In this document: in pieces, positions 47,700-60,396 of the stretch
Position numbering within the stretch: the first letter of the stretch is position 1
Layout: each line of letters starts with the position of its first letter
From: Psammoneis japonica
Taxonomy: Eukaryota
Reading direction: 5' to 3'
Length of the DNA: 64,000 bases
NCBI GenBank assembly: GCA_008632985.1
Contig: QPGO01000037.1
Span: 124,001-188,000 of the forward strand
Made by a program: the position numbers and the translations under genes
The notes under the pieces: generated by a model
Database searches by the model: none
What the model was told of the DNA's origin: nothing
What the model saw: only the letters and a program-made list of their open reading frames with translations

Positions 47700-50600
47700 A
47701 TGTTGGCGGCGGTGTCCACCAAATTCTTCGTTGCTGCATCACGTTCTAGCAATGGCAAGTCGCTTTTGTTGTCACGCACGGCTTTTGTGACGCCATCTTT
47801 TGGTGCGAGACAACATTCGTGTCTCGGCGTGCTGCTGCTGAACAATGAGTGGACTACCGACAAAGTTCGGTCGACTTTGTCGATTTTTTGCGGACAAGGA
47901 TCACACCCGGCAACCATCAAGCGCATGCGCACCCCTGAATGATCCCACCCTGTTGTTTACAAATGCTGGAATGAATCAATTCAAGCCCATCTTTTTAGGG
48001 CAGACCGATCCTTCCTCTCCTCTGGCTTCTCTAAAGCGAGCAGCGAATTCTCAGAAATGCATTCGAGCGGTGGCAAACACAATGATTTGGAAGACGTGGG
48101 TCGAGATACTTATCACCATACCTTTTTTGAAATGTTGGGAAGTTGGAGCTTTGGTGATTACTTTAAGAAGGAAGCGATAGATTATGCATGGGAGCTCTTG
48201 ACAAAAGTGTATGGGTTGGACCCCGATCGCATGTACGCAACTTACTTCGAGGGAAGCGACACGCTAGAAGCTGACAATGAGGCAAGGGATTTCTGGCTCG
48301 AGTACCTGCCACCCGAGCGTGTGATTGCATGTAGCGCAAAAGACAACTTTTGGGAGGTAAGTGTTTTTCAGAATATGGCTTTTCGTCGCTCTAGTGTTTT
48401 GCTCTGCTCATTCATTTTCTCTTGCGAATCGATCATACTCTCTAGATGGGAGAAACAGGGCCTTGCGGACCATGTTCCGAGATTCACTATGACCGAATTG
48501 GCGATCGTGATGCTTCGTCTCTTGTGAACGCTGATGACCCCGATGTGATTGAGATTTGGAACCTCGTTTTTATTCAGTACAATCGTGATCCATCAGGTGA
48601 CCTTGCAAGCTTGCCTCAAAAGCATATTGATACTGGTATGGGCTTGGAGCGGTTGGCGAGCATCTTGCAAGAAAAGAGCTCCAACTACGATATAGATATC
48701 TTCCAACCCCTTTTTGATAAGATAGCAGAACACTCACAGGTGGGACCATACACTGGGTTGGTTCTGGAGGATGATACGACCCTCAAGGATACCGCTTATC
48801 GTGCCATTGCTGATCACGCTCGGACCCTTGCTTTCGCGATTGCGGACGGCGCCGTACCAAATAACGAAGGCCGAGGATACGTGCTTCGGCGTGTTCTACG
48901 ACGAGCCACTCGATATGGACAGCAAATACTAAAGGCTCAACCAGGCTTCTTCTCCACTCTCATCCCAGGTTCGTTGGTTGTTTATTGCGTCTAAGCCTCG
49001 AGAAAAATTGCCGTCGGCTCTCATGTTCTTTCCATTGCATAATCGCGCCTTTTCTTTTTAATACAGTTGTGGTGGATACCTTCGGGGAAGCATTTCCAGA
49101 ACTAGTGAAGAACCAACAAACAATCCAGGAGATCGTGGACGAAGAGGAAAAGGCTTTCTCGACCATGCTGGATCGAGGTATCAAGTATTTTGCAGAACTT
49201 GAATCGGAACTCAAGGAAGAGGGTAAGAAAGAGGTGTCGGGTGACAAGGCTTTCTTTCTCTACGATACTCTAGGATTCCCAATTGATTTGACGGAACTTA
49301 TGGCTGAGGAGGCCGGATTAGTGTTGGATGTAAAGGGATTCAATAAGGAAATGGAGGCGCAAAAGCAGCGATCGAGAGAGGCACGCAGTGCTGCCAAGTC
49401 AGGAGGCGCGCCTCGTCTCGAATTGATTGCGGAACAAACAGCATGGCTCTCAGATAATGGTATTGAAGCTACCGACGATGAGTCCAAGTATGAGTGGGAT
49501 GTACAATTGCCAGCCACTGTAAAGGCAGTATTTGGGCCCGATGGGTTCCTCACCGAGGGTGCAATCGCAAAAGCTGGAGACACAGTGGGTCTGATTCTGG
49601 ACAAACGTCTTCTATGCCGAAGCAGGAGGTCAGGAGGCGGACATTGGAATCATCTCGATTATTTCCGGCGATGGCGAAGTCACCGGAAAGTTTACTGTCA
49701 CTGACGTTCAAACCTACGGAGGATTCATCTGCACAGCGGTCAGGTGGAGGAAGGGGAGATCAATGTTGGCACCTCTGTAACATGCGAAGTAGATTACGAC
49801 GACGTCGTTTGATTGCGCCAAACCATTCCATGACTCATGTCCTTAACGCTGCACTTCGTGAGGTTCTTGGGGATGGAGTAGAGCAACGTGGTAGCTTGTG
49901 CAACGATGAGAAGCTTCGATTTGACTTCTCACACAAAAAAGCCATGACTGCCAAACAGTTGCGTGCAACAGAGAAATTCTGTCAAGATGCCGTGGCCAGT
50001 GCAGAACCCGTCACCAGCAAGGTGATGCCCCTCGATGAAGCCAAGGCAATTGATGGCGTTCGAGCCGTGTTTGGCGAAGTTTATCCCGACCCTGTTCGTG
50101 TAGTATCTGTTGGTGATGCAACTTCTGTTGAGTTTTGTGGGGGGACTCATTTGGAAAGTACTGCAGAAGCCAAGGCATTTGTCGTTGTGGAAGAGACGGC
50201 GGTGGCAAAGGGGATTAGAAGAATTACTGCCGTAACCAGGGATGCAGCTGAGAAAGCGATAGAAGAAGGTTCGTAGCGTGCTAGGAACATCGTTTTTATC
50301 GATTGACACAGAGAGGCTGGTAGCTGAAGTTCTGTTTTTCTCCTTTGTTCCTTTTATCCAGGTGCCGAGTTTGAGGCGACTGTGGCCGAGAATGAGGAAT
50401 TGAGCGCTGACACACCAGGGCTTGACAAAAGAGCAGGTGCACTCAGAAAAGAACTCGACGCAGGCTTTTTCTCAGCACCACTCAAGGTGGAGCTCCGTGC
50501 TCGGATTGAGGCAATTCAGAAGAAGGCAATCGAAGCCAAAAAGGCTGCCCTGGCAGGGCGAGTGGATAAATGTCTCAATGACGTGAAGACCCAAATAGAT

Positions 50601-50969
50601 GCGGCTGCAGCAGATGGAAAACGAGTCATTGTGTTGAACGTGGATATTGGCGCCGACTCAAAGGCATCACAAAAAGTCATGAACGCCGCAAGAGCGGCTG
50701 CACCAGATATGGCCTTTATGGGTCTTAGTGAAGAAGAAGCAGGCAGTGGTGGCAAGCTAATGGCGTTTGCGCTGGTACCTGATGCACTTGTAGAGGAAGG
50801 CTTCAGAGCAGATGAATGGGTTCGGGCGACACTAGAGGTCTGTGGAGGACGAGGAGGTGGAAAGCCTGGTAATGCACAAGGGCAAGCCAAGGAATGTACT
50901 GATGTAAACGCAGTTATTGATGCGTCCAGCGCTTTTGCCGAATCAAAAGTCGGCGCAGCTGCGCTTTGA
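47700..50969 (+). CDS. AARS: Alanyl-tRNA synthetase with probable organellar N-terminal extension
   Basis: [73 protein letters not shown] and GGRGGGK. Introns near 48357-48445, 48969-49066 and 50269-50361; several 1-nt indels. Confidence 0.96.
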
Positions 50970-51692
50970 GCTTGGGCTCTTTTTGTAAAAGTGAAAAAGT
51001 AAAGAATAAAGTACAGTACTGTACTCACTGCCCGTTTGGCTCCCACTACACTACTCTCTAGAGCTAGCTACTAGCTAGTAGCTAGAGTAAAAGTTGGATT
51101 TATGGTGCGGAGAAAGAGTGTGCCGGTACCGGTACGTACAGTATTGCAGACATACTGGTACACACGTAGGGCCCTACGGTACGGCTGATCCTTGCAGTTG
51201 TACAGTAACCCGGTTTTTGTGACGATTCCTCAGAAGTATGTAAATAATTTACTGTTGCTATATATCCAGTTACTTAGCTTTATTATTCAAGGCCAACTTC
51301 AAAAGTACTTATATAACCAATGCAAAGGAATGTCTTAGGCCATAAGTATTACGTCACAAGCTCCGTGTCACAGAAGGGAACTTACTAACTACCGTTGATG
51401 TGTGTCGTGTTCACTCGTCCACCGAAGACGAGCCACATCAACCGGTGGAGGAAAGGTTGGGGTTGATAATATGTATGTATGTTGTGAGCCACTTACAATT
51501 CAATTCAATCTTTACACCTCTGTTCTTCCTCTGCAACAAAAGGAAATGTGATAGAGCTATTCTTCGGATTGGGTAGAATTTTGTGGTCAACTTGAATACT
51601 TTTTGAGCTTCGTTCCAATTCAGTCAAGGCAGCCTCTCCGAGCTGCCACAGCCTCTGGGCAACTAGGAATACTATTTTTGAGCTTCGTTCCA

Positions 51693-53215
51693 ATGGTCGC
51701 ATCCGGTTGGAATCCTACGCAGCAAAAGGTTGTCGCGATAATACCAAAATTCACAGCCAGTTTTTCGATAATTGGCTCGTCTTGTATTATTTATGAGGTT
51801 TTATGTTTTGACCGACGAAAGCTCGGTCGGGTATATCATCGCATCTTGCTTACAATGAGCTTGTGCGATGTGCTGGAGAGCTCTTGGAACTTTGCAAGCA
51901 CGTGGCCGATTCCCGAGGGAACAGAGGGGGTAGCATTTGCCAGTGGGACTACGTTAACGTGTTCCATACAAGGTTTCATTCTGGAATTCGGGTTGGCGAT
52001 ACCGGTACTCAACATGTGCCTCAGTATATACTACCTGCTAGTTATCAAATTCTCTTGGACTGAGCGAGATATAAAACGAAAGGTGGAGCCATGGTTTTAT
52101 GGGATTGCGTTAGGAATAGCATTGGCCTTCAGTTCAGCGAGTCTTGCCTTGAAATTATTCGTAAGTTCAGAAGCTACGCCGTTCAGTGTTCAGTGGTAGC
52201 TCTTTATATCTGCTTTCTGTGCTCAGAATATCGTTCGTTTCTTGCTGACTGCTGCTAAAAAACTAGAACAACGCGAATCTGTGGTGCTGGATAGCACCGC
52301 TGCCTTTGGATTGTTTAGATTCGTTTCGACATGGAGATGAAGGCAACTGCATTCGAGGAGACAATGCATGGATATATCGTTGGGCATTTTACTATGCTGA
52401 GCTCTGGTTTTGTATACTGTTTGTAATGTTCGCAATGATTGGTGTTTACTTGGAGGTACGGCGACTTGAGAAAGCCAACGAAAGATTTGAGTTTCAATCG
52501 CAACAACAGAGCGCCACCATGCGAGACTCTGCCACAAGACGGAGGCCATCCAAGAGCCGGCAAGTGGCAATACAAGCACTTTGGTATGTCGGGGCCTTTT
52601 ACATCACCTTTTTGTTTGCAACGATCAATCGCGTCATTCAGCAAGTTGCTGGAAAAACTTACTTTGCATTGACGGTTCTCCACACAATATTTGAGCCTTC
52701 ACAAGGGTTTTTGTAAGTGCCCTCGTGTCTCGGAGCTGGATTGAAGCTCACTTCTTGTATTCTGGTGGTTCTTAAACTCGCGGTTTTTTTTCGTACTGCC
52801 GTACTACATCAGCAACTACCTCGTCTACATTCGGCCACGCTATATTAAGTATAGAGCAAGGAATCCAGAGGCGTCTCGTTCTCTCGTGCTGACACGAGTC
52901 ATGTTCCCAAAGGAGGAGGTGGAATCCAGAAAAAGTAGCGAGTACGTGGATGATGATCACGAAGATGAGGATTTAGCGAGAACGGAGCTTTCGAGATGGC
53001 GACGGCAAGTCAGAAGAGGATCGTTTTCGGGAGGAGCCAGAGAAAGTGGAGTTATGCGATTTCTAGCTGTGTCGGAGCCGTTTGGAGAAGCAAGCTTTGC
53101 CAAAAGAGATGAATTTGTCGAAAACCCAAGCAATGGTCTTCAGCGTGGGCATTCACATCCGACAATACAATTTGCAACCGAAGAGAAAAAAGAAGAGGTG
53201 GATGAAGAACTGTAA
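51693..53215 (+). CDS. GPCR-like 7-TM protein (Git3/cAMP-receptor-like, diatom family)
   Basis: SFSIIGSSCII, YHRILL.MS..D, CSIQGF, LSIYYLLVI, LWCWIAP, VAIQALWYVGAF and PSQGF motifs. Introns 52161-52266 and near 52713-52812. Confidence 0.85.
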
Positions 53216-53420
53216 GATTCTGACCAGCAATGACCTGCCTCGAAGGCAACTGCTCGATTTATTTGTACAATAGTATCGACAAGAATTGCCAAACAGGTAC
53301 ATTGTGGAGAAACGCATCTCTAAGTACGACGCTCGTTACTTACACTCAGACTTTTAGGTCTACCCACTTCGTCACTACTGGCATTCACTGCTTGACATTG
53401 TCAACTTGAGTTATATATCA

Positions 53421-56400
53421 TTATTTCAGCCAGTTCTTGATTTCTTCATCCGTCAAGGGCGGATTCTGCGTAACAGACCGAGTTTCGCAAAGAGGAACGA
53501 GAGACTTGCATCCTTGCCTGGAGAAAACGAGAATGAGACAGTTCACTGTCTGTGACAAGAAGCCAGCCTCACAATAACAGAAATAATAGTTCCAAACCCG
53601 CAAGAAAACATCGTCGAACCCAAGGTCGCGCACGAAGTCTTCCTTTGCGTTGAAGCGCCTTCTCCATTCGGCAAGAGTTTCAGCGTAGTGGAGACCAATG
53701 TTGTCAATGTGCTCCAGAGTCAAGCAAGACTCTTTGTATGCAGCATCGACAAGAGCATGAAGCGAGGGAGCACATCCTCCAGGGAAAATGATCGTGTTGA
53801 TGAAGTCCGTTGTTCGGAGATAGTTCTCGTAGCGCTGTTCTGGGGTGGTGATTGCCTCCATCACCAAAATGCCGTCGTGTGCAAGCACCTGTTCAACAGC
53901 CCAAAAGAACTCCCCGAGGTGATCATGACCAACCGCCTCGATCATTTCGCAACTTAAGACTCGGTCAAACTTGCCCAGGTTTTCTTCCCGACGGGCAAAA
54001 GTACGGTAGTCGACCACCTCAAACGTGATGAGATGGTCGAGACCTTCCTTTGCCACCCTCTCTTCCGCAAGTGCCTTCTGCTCGACGGATAAAGTAATGC
54101 CAAAAACTTTGCAGTCGTATTTCTTGGCAGCATGCAGGGATAACCCACCCCAACCGAACCCAATATCGAGCAGCGTTTGTCCGGGTTGCACCTGGGCACG
54201 ATCCAACAGCGTGTCAAGTTTTCTCCACTGGGCCTCTTCGAGAGAGCCTCTAAAAACCAACCCGCTCTGTCCAGTGGGTGCCTTTATGGCGTCAAAGATA
54301 GCCGAAGAGTACATCAATGTTTCCTTGTCCAAGAAGCTGGTAAACAAGTCGTTCGAAAGGTCATAGTGAGCACGAATGTTCTTAAGGCTGCCACCGCGCT
54401 CAGAGTTGTCCATTGTCAACCGAAAGTACAGAAAGTTCACCAAGGCGCCGATTTTAGCAATCAAGAGGCCTGACGCATTTGTCAAGGCGTGCGAGTACCA
54501 ATGAGCGCTGCCTGATTTACGGGGATGATGTTTGCCGCTTGGGGCATCGCGATTGCCAATAAGTAGGAGGATGAGTCGAGTTAAACCGATAGGATCTCCC
54601 AAGGAAATTGTAGTCTCATCGGTAGAATTCGGAGGACGTACTACCTGGTTATACATCTTTGGGTCAGGCAACGGTTCAACCACAATTTGACCAGCCATGT
54701 ACGAACTGCAAAGTTACAAGTAAAACAAAAGAAGAACGCTGACTCAGACCCCAAGCTCAGTGTTAAGAAGCAGCATCTTGACAAGTGAGGTAATACATAC
54801 CGTGCCAAGCCAAGATCATATTCTAGCGCTGTCTTGACGAAGAACCAATCTTCAAAAACACGAATCGTAACGGGACTGTTGTCGCCGCCGCAAGGACTTC
54901 CATCTCCAAAGCTCACGCTCGTACCATCATTAAACTTAAGCTTCAAGGTACCGTGTTTTATAGCATGGTTGAGGAACTGCAAGATGAATCTTTTGCACAA
55001 TGCGACCGGCAACGTGTACGTTAGGGTGCGGTGCAACTTGTGAAGCGCCCTTCCAATGTAACCGGTCGTTTCAGTGGATGTGGTTGACAAATCCGGGGCC
55101 GCGAGAACCAAGTCGGTCGAATTCTTTTCACACCATGGAAGCGGGATATTGGACATTTGGGTCGCAACCTGAAAACCAGAATAACAGCCATCCTCGTGAA
55201 AGCCATACCCCGCCCAAGCGCCACAAAACCACAACCCGTCCTTCCCTTGGAACTTCTCCATGAGTGCCTGCCTGGCGCGAAGTGTAGATGCGCTGAACTG
55301 AGGATGCGCCAGAGTGATGCGTTTGTGGGTCAACGCTTCATCAGGACGAGTGTGCGGATTGAGTGACACAAAATATCTTGGTCGGTTCCAAATTCTGCAG
55401 CCGATTCAGCCAATATGTCACGTACACGGCCTTCATGCGCCCGTTTTCTCCATCCAGCTCCTCCAGCTCCATCGATTCTGATTTTGCACCAAAGCCAGAG
55501 TGACCTCCTTCGATGGCTTCTTCTTTGGAGGCCTTGTGCGTTTGATGCATTGACAGCAGACTGGATTTTCCAATACAATTCCAGGAGGCCCACGCCCTTT
55601 TTCGCGCCGGCATGAGCTTTGGATCCGAATGCACGTAAATTGCATTGTCCGCATACGAGATCTGGCTCAAAAGCTGTACAAGTTCCGAATCAGCGCCGCC
55701 TTGTTCTAGCATGGAACCAGTGGTTGGTGGATGACAAGCAAAAATGACTTGGTCGAAAACCCCAACTGATTTGTTGTTCGTAGTGAAAAGCTCATACTTG
55801 GCATTTTTGGTCTTTTTCACCGTAAGAATTGGGGTAGATAGATGAGCCTTTTCCCCAAGAACACTTTTCATCTTCAGCGTGTACGACTTTGAACGGTTTG
55901 CAACAGTCTTCCACTGTGTTAAAAATAAGGCAACAAAAAATAATGAGTAAGATAGTCGCAAACAGAAAGATACATCGCGAAAGATCCGACATCAATTTAC
56001 CTGAGGCCTTCCAAGAATCTGCAAAAGCTTGTGATTGCAAAAGAATGCAATAAGCTGCTCCGCAGGAAACTTGTAGACTTCTTCAATTCCAGCGGACCAC
56101 ACAGCCGCGATCATGGGAAACAGATAGAAATTGCAAAAGGCTTCAGAATAATCGTGGTCCCGAAGATACTGCCCAATAGTTACAACTCGCCGTGGGTCGT
56201 CTTTGGCAGATGAAGGATTTCAGGAGCATGCTTGTTAAATCGAAGCATATCCGACAAAAAGGAGTAAAAGGAAGGCTTTAGCGCTTGCGTTCGGTTCGCC
56301 AGCAGACCGTTGAGCCCATCAGAATTCCACTCGACAGTCTTGCCACCGTCTAGGCTCACAGACAAACTCATGTCACTGTTTTCCTCCTCCACACCCAAGG

Positions 56401-56629
56401 TCTCGAACCACCGCGTCATGTTGGGGTAGTTCCCGTTGTTGTACACCATGAAACCAACGTCCACATCCACACCGTTCACTGGAAGCGTATATGCATGGCC
56501 GCCAAGGCGATCCTCCGCCTCAAAGACGTGTACATCATATTTGTTGCAATCAAGATGCCACGCCGCCGACAAACCAGCTACACCTCCGCCGACAACGGCA
56601 ATCTTCTTGCCTTTTCCGCTATCTCCCAT
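53421..56629 (-). CDS. Cyclopropane-fatty-acyl-phospholipid synthase fused to N-terminal FAD amine-oxidase-like domain
   Basis: VVGGGVAGL...FEAEDRLGGHA, VDVGFMVYN, WASWN and GYGFHEDG; then NIRAHYDLSN, MYSSA, LLDIGFGWG, EMIEAVG, IFPGG and WNYYF.YCEAGF. Spliced, with indels. Confidence 0.92.
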
Positions 56630-57136
56630 TGTTCTACACCTTGTTCCACACCTGAACCGCAAACAACTTTGAGTGATGTCGACTTTTTTAGTGCGATTTC
56701 TCTGGTTGGTACAAGAAGTTTGAAAATGTTCAATGCTTCCAGCTTCGTTCTCGACAACGTTCAGTGAGTGACGAACGATCCAGATCGGTGGGAGATCGGA
56801 TTTTTCACGTGCGTTTTGTATTGGCTTCTACGTCGCGGATTTGGGGCGGGGTGCGCTGAGTCAGCTTAGTCGCATTAATCGGGAAGAAATATAATACGGC
56901 AGGCAATCTACTCTACTCTACTACTGACTCTAGAGTAGCTAATAGCTAGCTAGAGATTACGGTACTGTACAAACTCTCTAGTCTAGCGAATATGAAAATG
57001 AAGTTACAAGTACGAGTAGTTAGTAGAGCTAGCTAGCTAGTACCGTAGCGAACACCGCAGGAAACAAGGCAAGCGAGCTACTACTAGCTAGCCTCTTGTT
57101 ACTTGATAGCACCATACAGGACAGGGCTTCAGCGCC

Positions 57137-58345
57137 TTACTTGCCTGCGAGACCCAAGATGGACTTAAGATTGGCTTCCTTCTTTTCGAATTCGGCAACC
57201 TGTTCTAATAGAGAGGCTTCCTTGGTCTGGTAGTCTCCAATCTTGGTCCAGAGCTCATTTTGTTTCGCCTTGATCACTTTATTCTCAGCCGTGAGTTCAT
57301 CCTTTTCCGCCTTAAGCTCGAGTTGAGCAATCATGAGGGTAGCGTTGGTTTTCAGAAGCTCCTCTTGCTTTTCCTTGTACGTTGCATTGTCGCTTAGAAG
57401 CTCCTTTTCCTTTTTCAGAAGCTCCTCTTGCTTTTCCAGAAGCTCCTCTTGCTTTTCCTTGTACGTTGCATTGTCGCTCAGAAGCTCTTGTTCCTTTTTA
57501 TCGGAAGCCTCAATTTTTTGTTCGAGCTCCCACTCTGTTGCCTTGTGCGCTGCAATATCCGACAATAGCGATTCTTGGACGGCCTTGAATGTTGAAAGCT
57601 CCTTCGAAAGCTCATCTTCCTTTGCTTTGGTTTCGGCATTTTCCTTCGAAAGCAACTCCTTTTCTTCGGTGAGCTTTTCAATGCTCTCGGAGAGACTCTT
57701 TTCTTTGCTTTCGAGTTCAGCGTTCTTGGTGACGAGTTCTTTGTTCTCAGTGACAGCGGAAGCGAGTAGAACCGTCATTTTCTGAAGCGAATCAATTGCC
57801 TCTTCCTTTTCCTTCTCATACACTTGCAAAGCATAGTGGGTTTGTCCTTTCTGGAGAGCCTCGATGATTTCGTCGGAAGACGAAGTACTCATTGCAATGT
57901 CAATAGGACGATTGGACCACCTATTTTTCATTTCGAGGGATTCTGGATAGGCAATCAACAGGTGCTGCACGACGACCAAAGACGCGTTGTTTTCAACGGC
58001 GTGATGAATAGGAAGTTGTCCATCAGAATCCTTCTCGCGGACACCCTCTGGATAATGCTTGATGAGAGAAACGATGATTTCTTCACTGGGGTCATGCATA
58101 CATGCTTCATGGATAGGGAGGCGACGGAAGCTCTCCATAAAGCCAAGAACTTTGTGAGAAATCCATTCGGCCGCGACGGAGGGATCGGCTTCCAAACGCT
58201 CCACCGCTGTATCCCAGTCCTGCCTCTCTAATGCTTTGAGAAGTCTGGTATCCATTTGAGAGACTTGCGGGGATGCCGAATCAAACGACCCCCCAACGGC
58301 AGGGCCCGCCATAAAGGTGCATGGGTTGATTAAAAAGTCCGTCAT
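57137..58345 (-). CDS. Ankyrin-repeat plus coiled-coil protein (paralog 1)
   Basis: RLPIHEACM, DSDGQLPIHHA and NRPIDIA; E/K-rich coil with repeated ELLSDNATYKEKQEELL. Confidence 0.88.
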   Translation of the reverse strand: MTDFLINPCTFMAGPAVGGSFDSASPQVSQMDTRLLKALERQDWDTAVERLEADPSVAAEWISHKVLGFMESFRRLPIHEACMHDPSEEIIVSLIKHYPEGVREKDSDGQLPIHHAVENNASLVVVQHLLIAYPESLEMKNRWSNRPIDIAMSTSSSDEIIEALQKGQTHYALQVYEKEKEEAIDSLQKMTVLLASAVTENKELVTKNAELESKEKSLSESIEKLTEEKELLSKENAETKAKEDELSKELSTFKAVQESLLSDIAAHKATEWELEQKIEASDKKEQELLSDNATYKEKQEELLEKQEELLKKEKELLSDNATYKEKQEELLKTNATLMIAQLELKAEKDELTAENKVIKAKQNELWTKIGDYQTKEASLLEQVAEFEKKEANLKSILGLAGK

Positions 58346-58794
58346 GTCTTGTGTCTTGACTCAAAGGTTTTTGATGAATGCTCGAGGACTACAACTTGTG
58401 ACACAAGTTGCTTTTCGAACTCCAGCTAATATTTGTTATTAGGCATTTTAAAATGTGTATAGCATTTGGGCGAGTCACAGATTGAAAAGATGGCGACGAT
58501 CATTTGTTATGCTAAAATATGGAGAACAAAAGATGTTTTGCATCTCGCTTACGGCGAGAACAAAAAAGTGAGATGAATTTCAATTTATTTAGGATTTGAA
58601 TAAAACTATGATCAACTGAACACCTTCGTATTTATATAATGTTAATAAATTTGAACGTCAAATTCTATCTCTAAAACCGTATGTTATGAATATCCGTACA
58701 GTACGTACTTCGACCGCGTTAATTAGGACCACGCGATGCGACGTGCTTTAGCAAGATCTTCCGTTTCTGCTGAGCGCTACATGTAGTCGCGAAG

Positions 58795-59754
58795 TTAAAG
58801 CCACCCAGGATGATCGACCTGCAAAATATGCAACATTTGTGATTCCTTTGACTGATATGCAGCATTTTCCTTGACAAGTTCTTCTTCTTTACCCAGATAC
58901 AAAGAATTTTCTTTCAATAGAAATTCTTCCTTTTTTTCGAGCGATGCTATTTTGTCCAAATACTCTTCTTCTTTGGGTGTGTGCGCAGCAATGCCCTTCA
59001 ACAGCATATCTTGTTTCGCTTTGAGCTCTAAGTTTTCCTTCCTTATTCTTTCATGCTTTGACTTTAACTCGTTAACCACGCCCAGCAACTCGTCTTCTCT
59101 TGTCGCTAGCTCTCCAGCTTTTTGCAACAGCATGTCGTTTTCTTTAACAACCGACGACACCATGTTGGCCAATTGCTTGTTAGACAGAATCAATTCCTTC
59201 CTTTCGTCTTTGTACATTTCCAAAGCGTAGTATGTAGGCCTTTTTCGAAGAGCCTCGACGACTTCCTCTGAACTCCTACTTTCCGCGATATCAATAGGCA
59301 GATATCCTCGCGCGTTTTTCACGTCTATGGAATCTGGAAATGATTTTAGCAGCTGATTTATCACTGCGATAGATGCAGCGTTCTCACAAGCGTAATGAAG
59401 AGAAAGGTTACCATTGGAGTCAAGTTTGCTGACACCATCGGGATAGCTTTCGATAAGAGCAGCAATTACGTCACCTCTGGCTTGATTCATGCACGCCTCA
59501 TGAATCGGCAGACGACGACAACTTTTTAATCCCCCAAGCCCCTGAAAGCTGACCCACTTCTTAGCCTCATTAGAATCCTTTATCAGAATGTCAATAACGA
59601 AGTCCCAATCGTGAATTTCAATGGCCCTGAACAGTCTTGTTGTAACCGCAGTGTCGGGTCCTTCTGTAGATTCAATGGAATCAACGATTTCACCGCTAAC
59701 ATCATGATCATGAATGGGGGATCCCAAACAAGCACATGGCATGAATAGGTCCAT
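58795..59754 (-). CDS. Ankyrin-repeat plus coiled-coil protein (paralog 2)
   Basis: RLPIHEACM, DSNGNLSLHYAC and YLPIDIA. Start placed at MDLFMPC by homology; the ORF extends to 59856. Confidence 0.85.
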   Translation of the reverse strand: MDLFMPCACLGSPIHDHDVSGEIVDSIESTEGPDTAVTTRLFRAIEIHDWDFVIDILIKDSNEAKKWVSFQGLGGLKSCRRLPIHEACMNQARGDVIAALIESYPDGVSKLDSNGNLSLHYACENAASIAVINQLLKSFPDSIDVKNARGYLPIDIAESRSSEEVVEALRKRPTYYALEMYKDERKELILSNKQLANMVSSVVKENDMLLQKAGELATREDELLGVVNELKSKHERIRKENLELKAKQDMLLKGIAAHTPKEEEYLDKIASLEKKEEFLLKENSLYLGKEEELVKENAAYQSKESQMLHILQVDHPGWL

Positions 59755-60396
59755 CGTTGGTAAAACGTCAGGCACCAGAGCGCACGTTACAGTTCTTATG
59801 ATAAGGGCCAACTTACTGCCATTCCCGTCGCCGTCTCTGACTTCAAAGCAACGCATCTTTCAGCGTTGGCGACGAAAATGTGACGACAACACGATAAGAT
59901 TTTCTACCTCATTTCAAAGATGTATAAAATATATTAGTTTTACATAGGACATACTTTTTATTACTATTTGTATATATAAGTAAATTCGTGAAAATCGAAC
60001 CACGAGCCACACACACATGACACATGCACTTACGCAACATGAGATCATGAGATCATGAGATAGGGCCCTACCGGTACGCTGGATAGGCCCTACCCTACAT
60101 ACAGTAGCGGCGCAACAAAATCAGTGTTTTAGATGCACGTATCGTACGGAAGAAGTACGGTACCAGGGTCGAATAGAGAAGGAAAGTAGGCTCTCTAAAT
60201 GTAGATAGAGAGCTAGAGTAGGGCCATAGAGTCCAATTGACCGGAGACCGCGTCGTGTTAGGTGGGACGACGATCTGTTGGCGTTTTTGCACGAAAACAA
60301 AAACGCACGAAATAAAAGTGTGTCCTTTGAGAAAGGAACGTCCTCAAGAGAGATTGAGGAATGCAACGTGAGTGCTACCTTCTGTATTCAGCGGTT

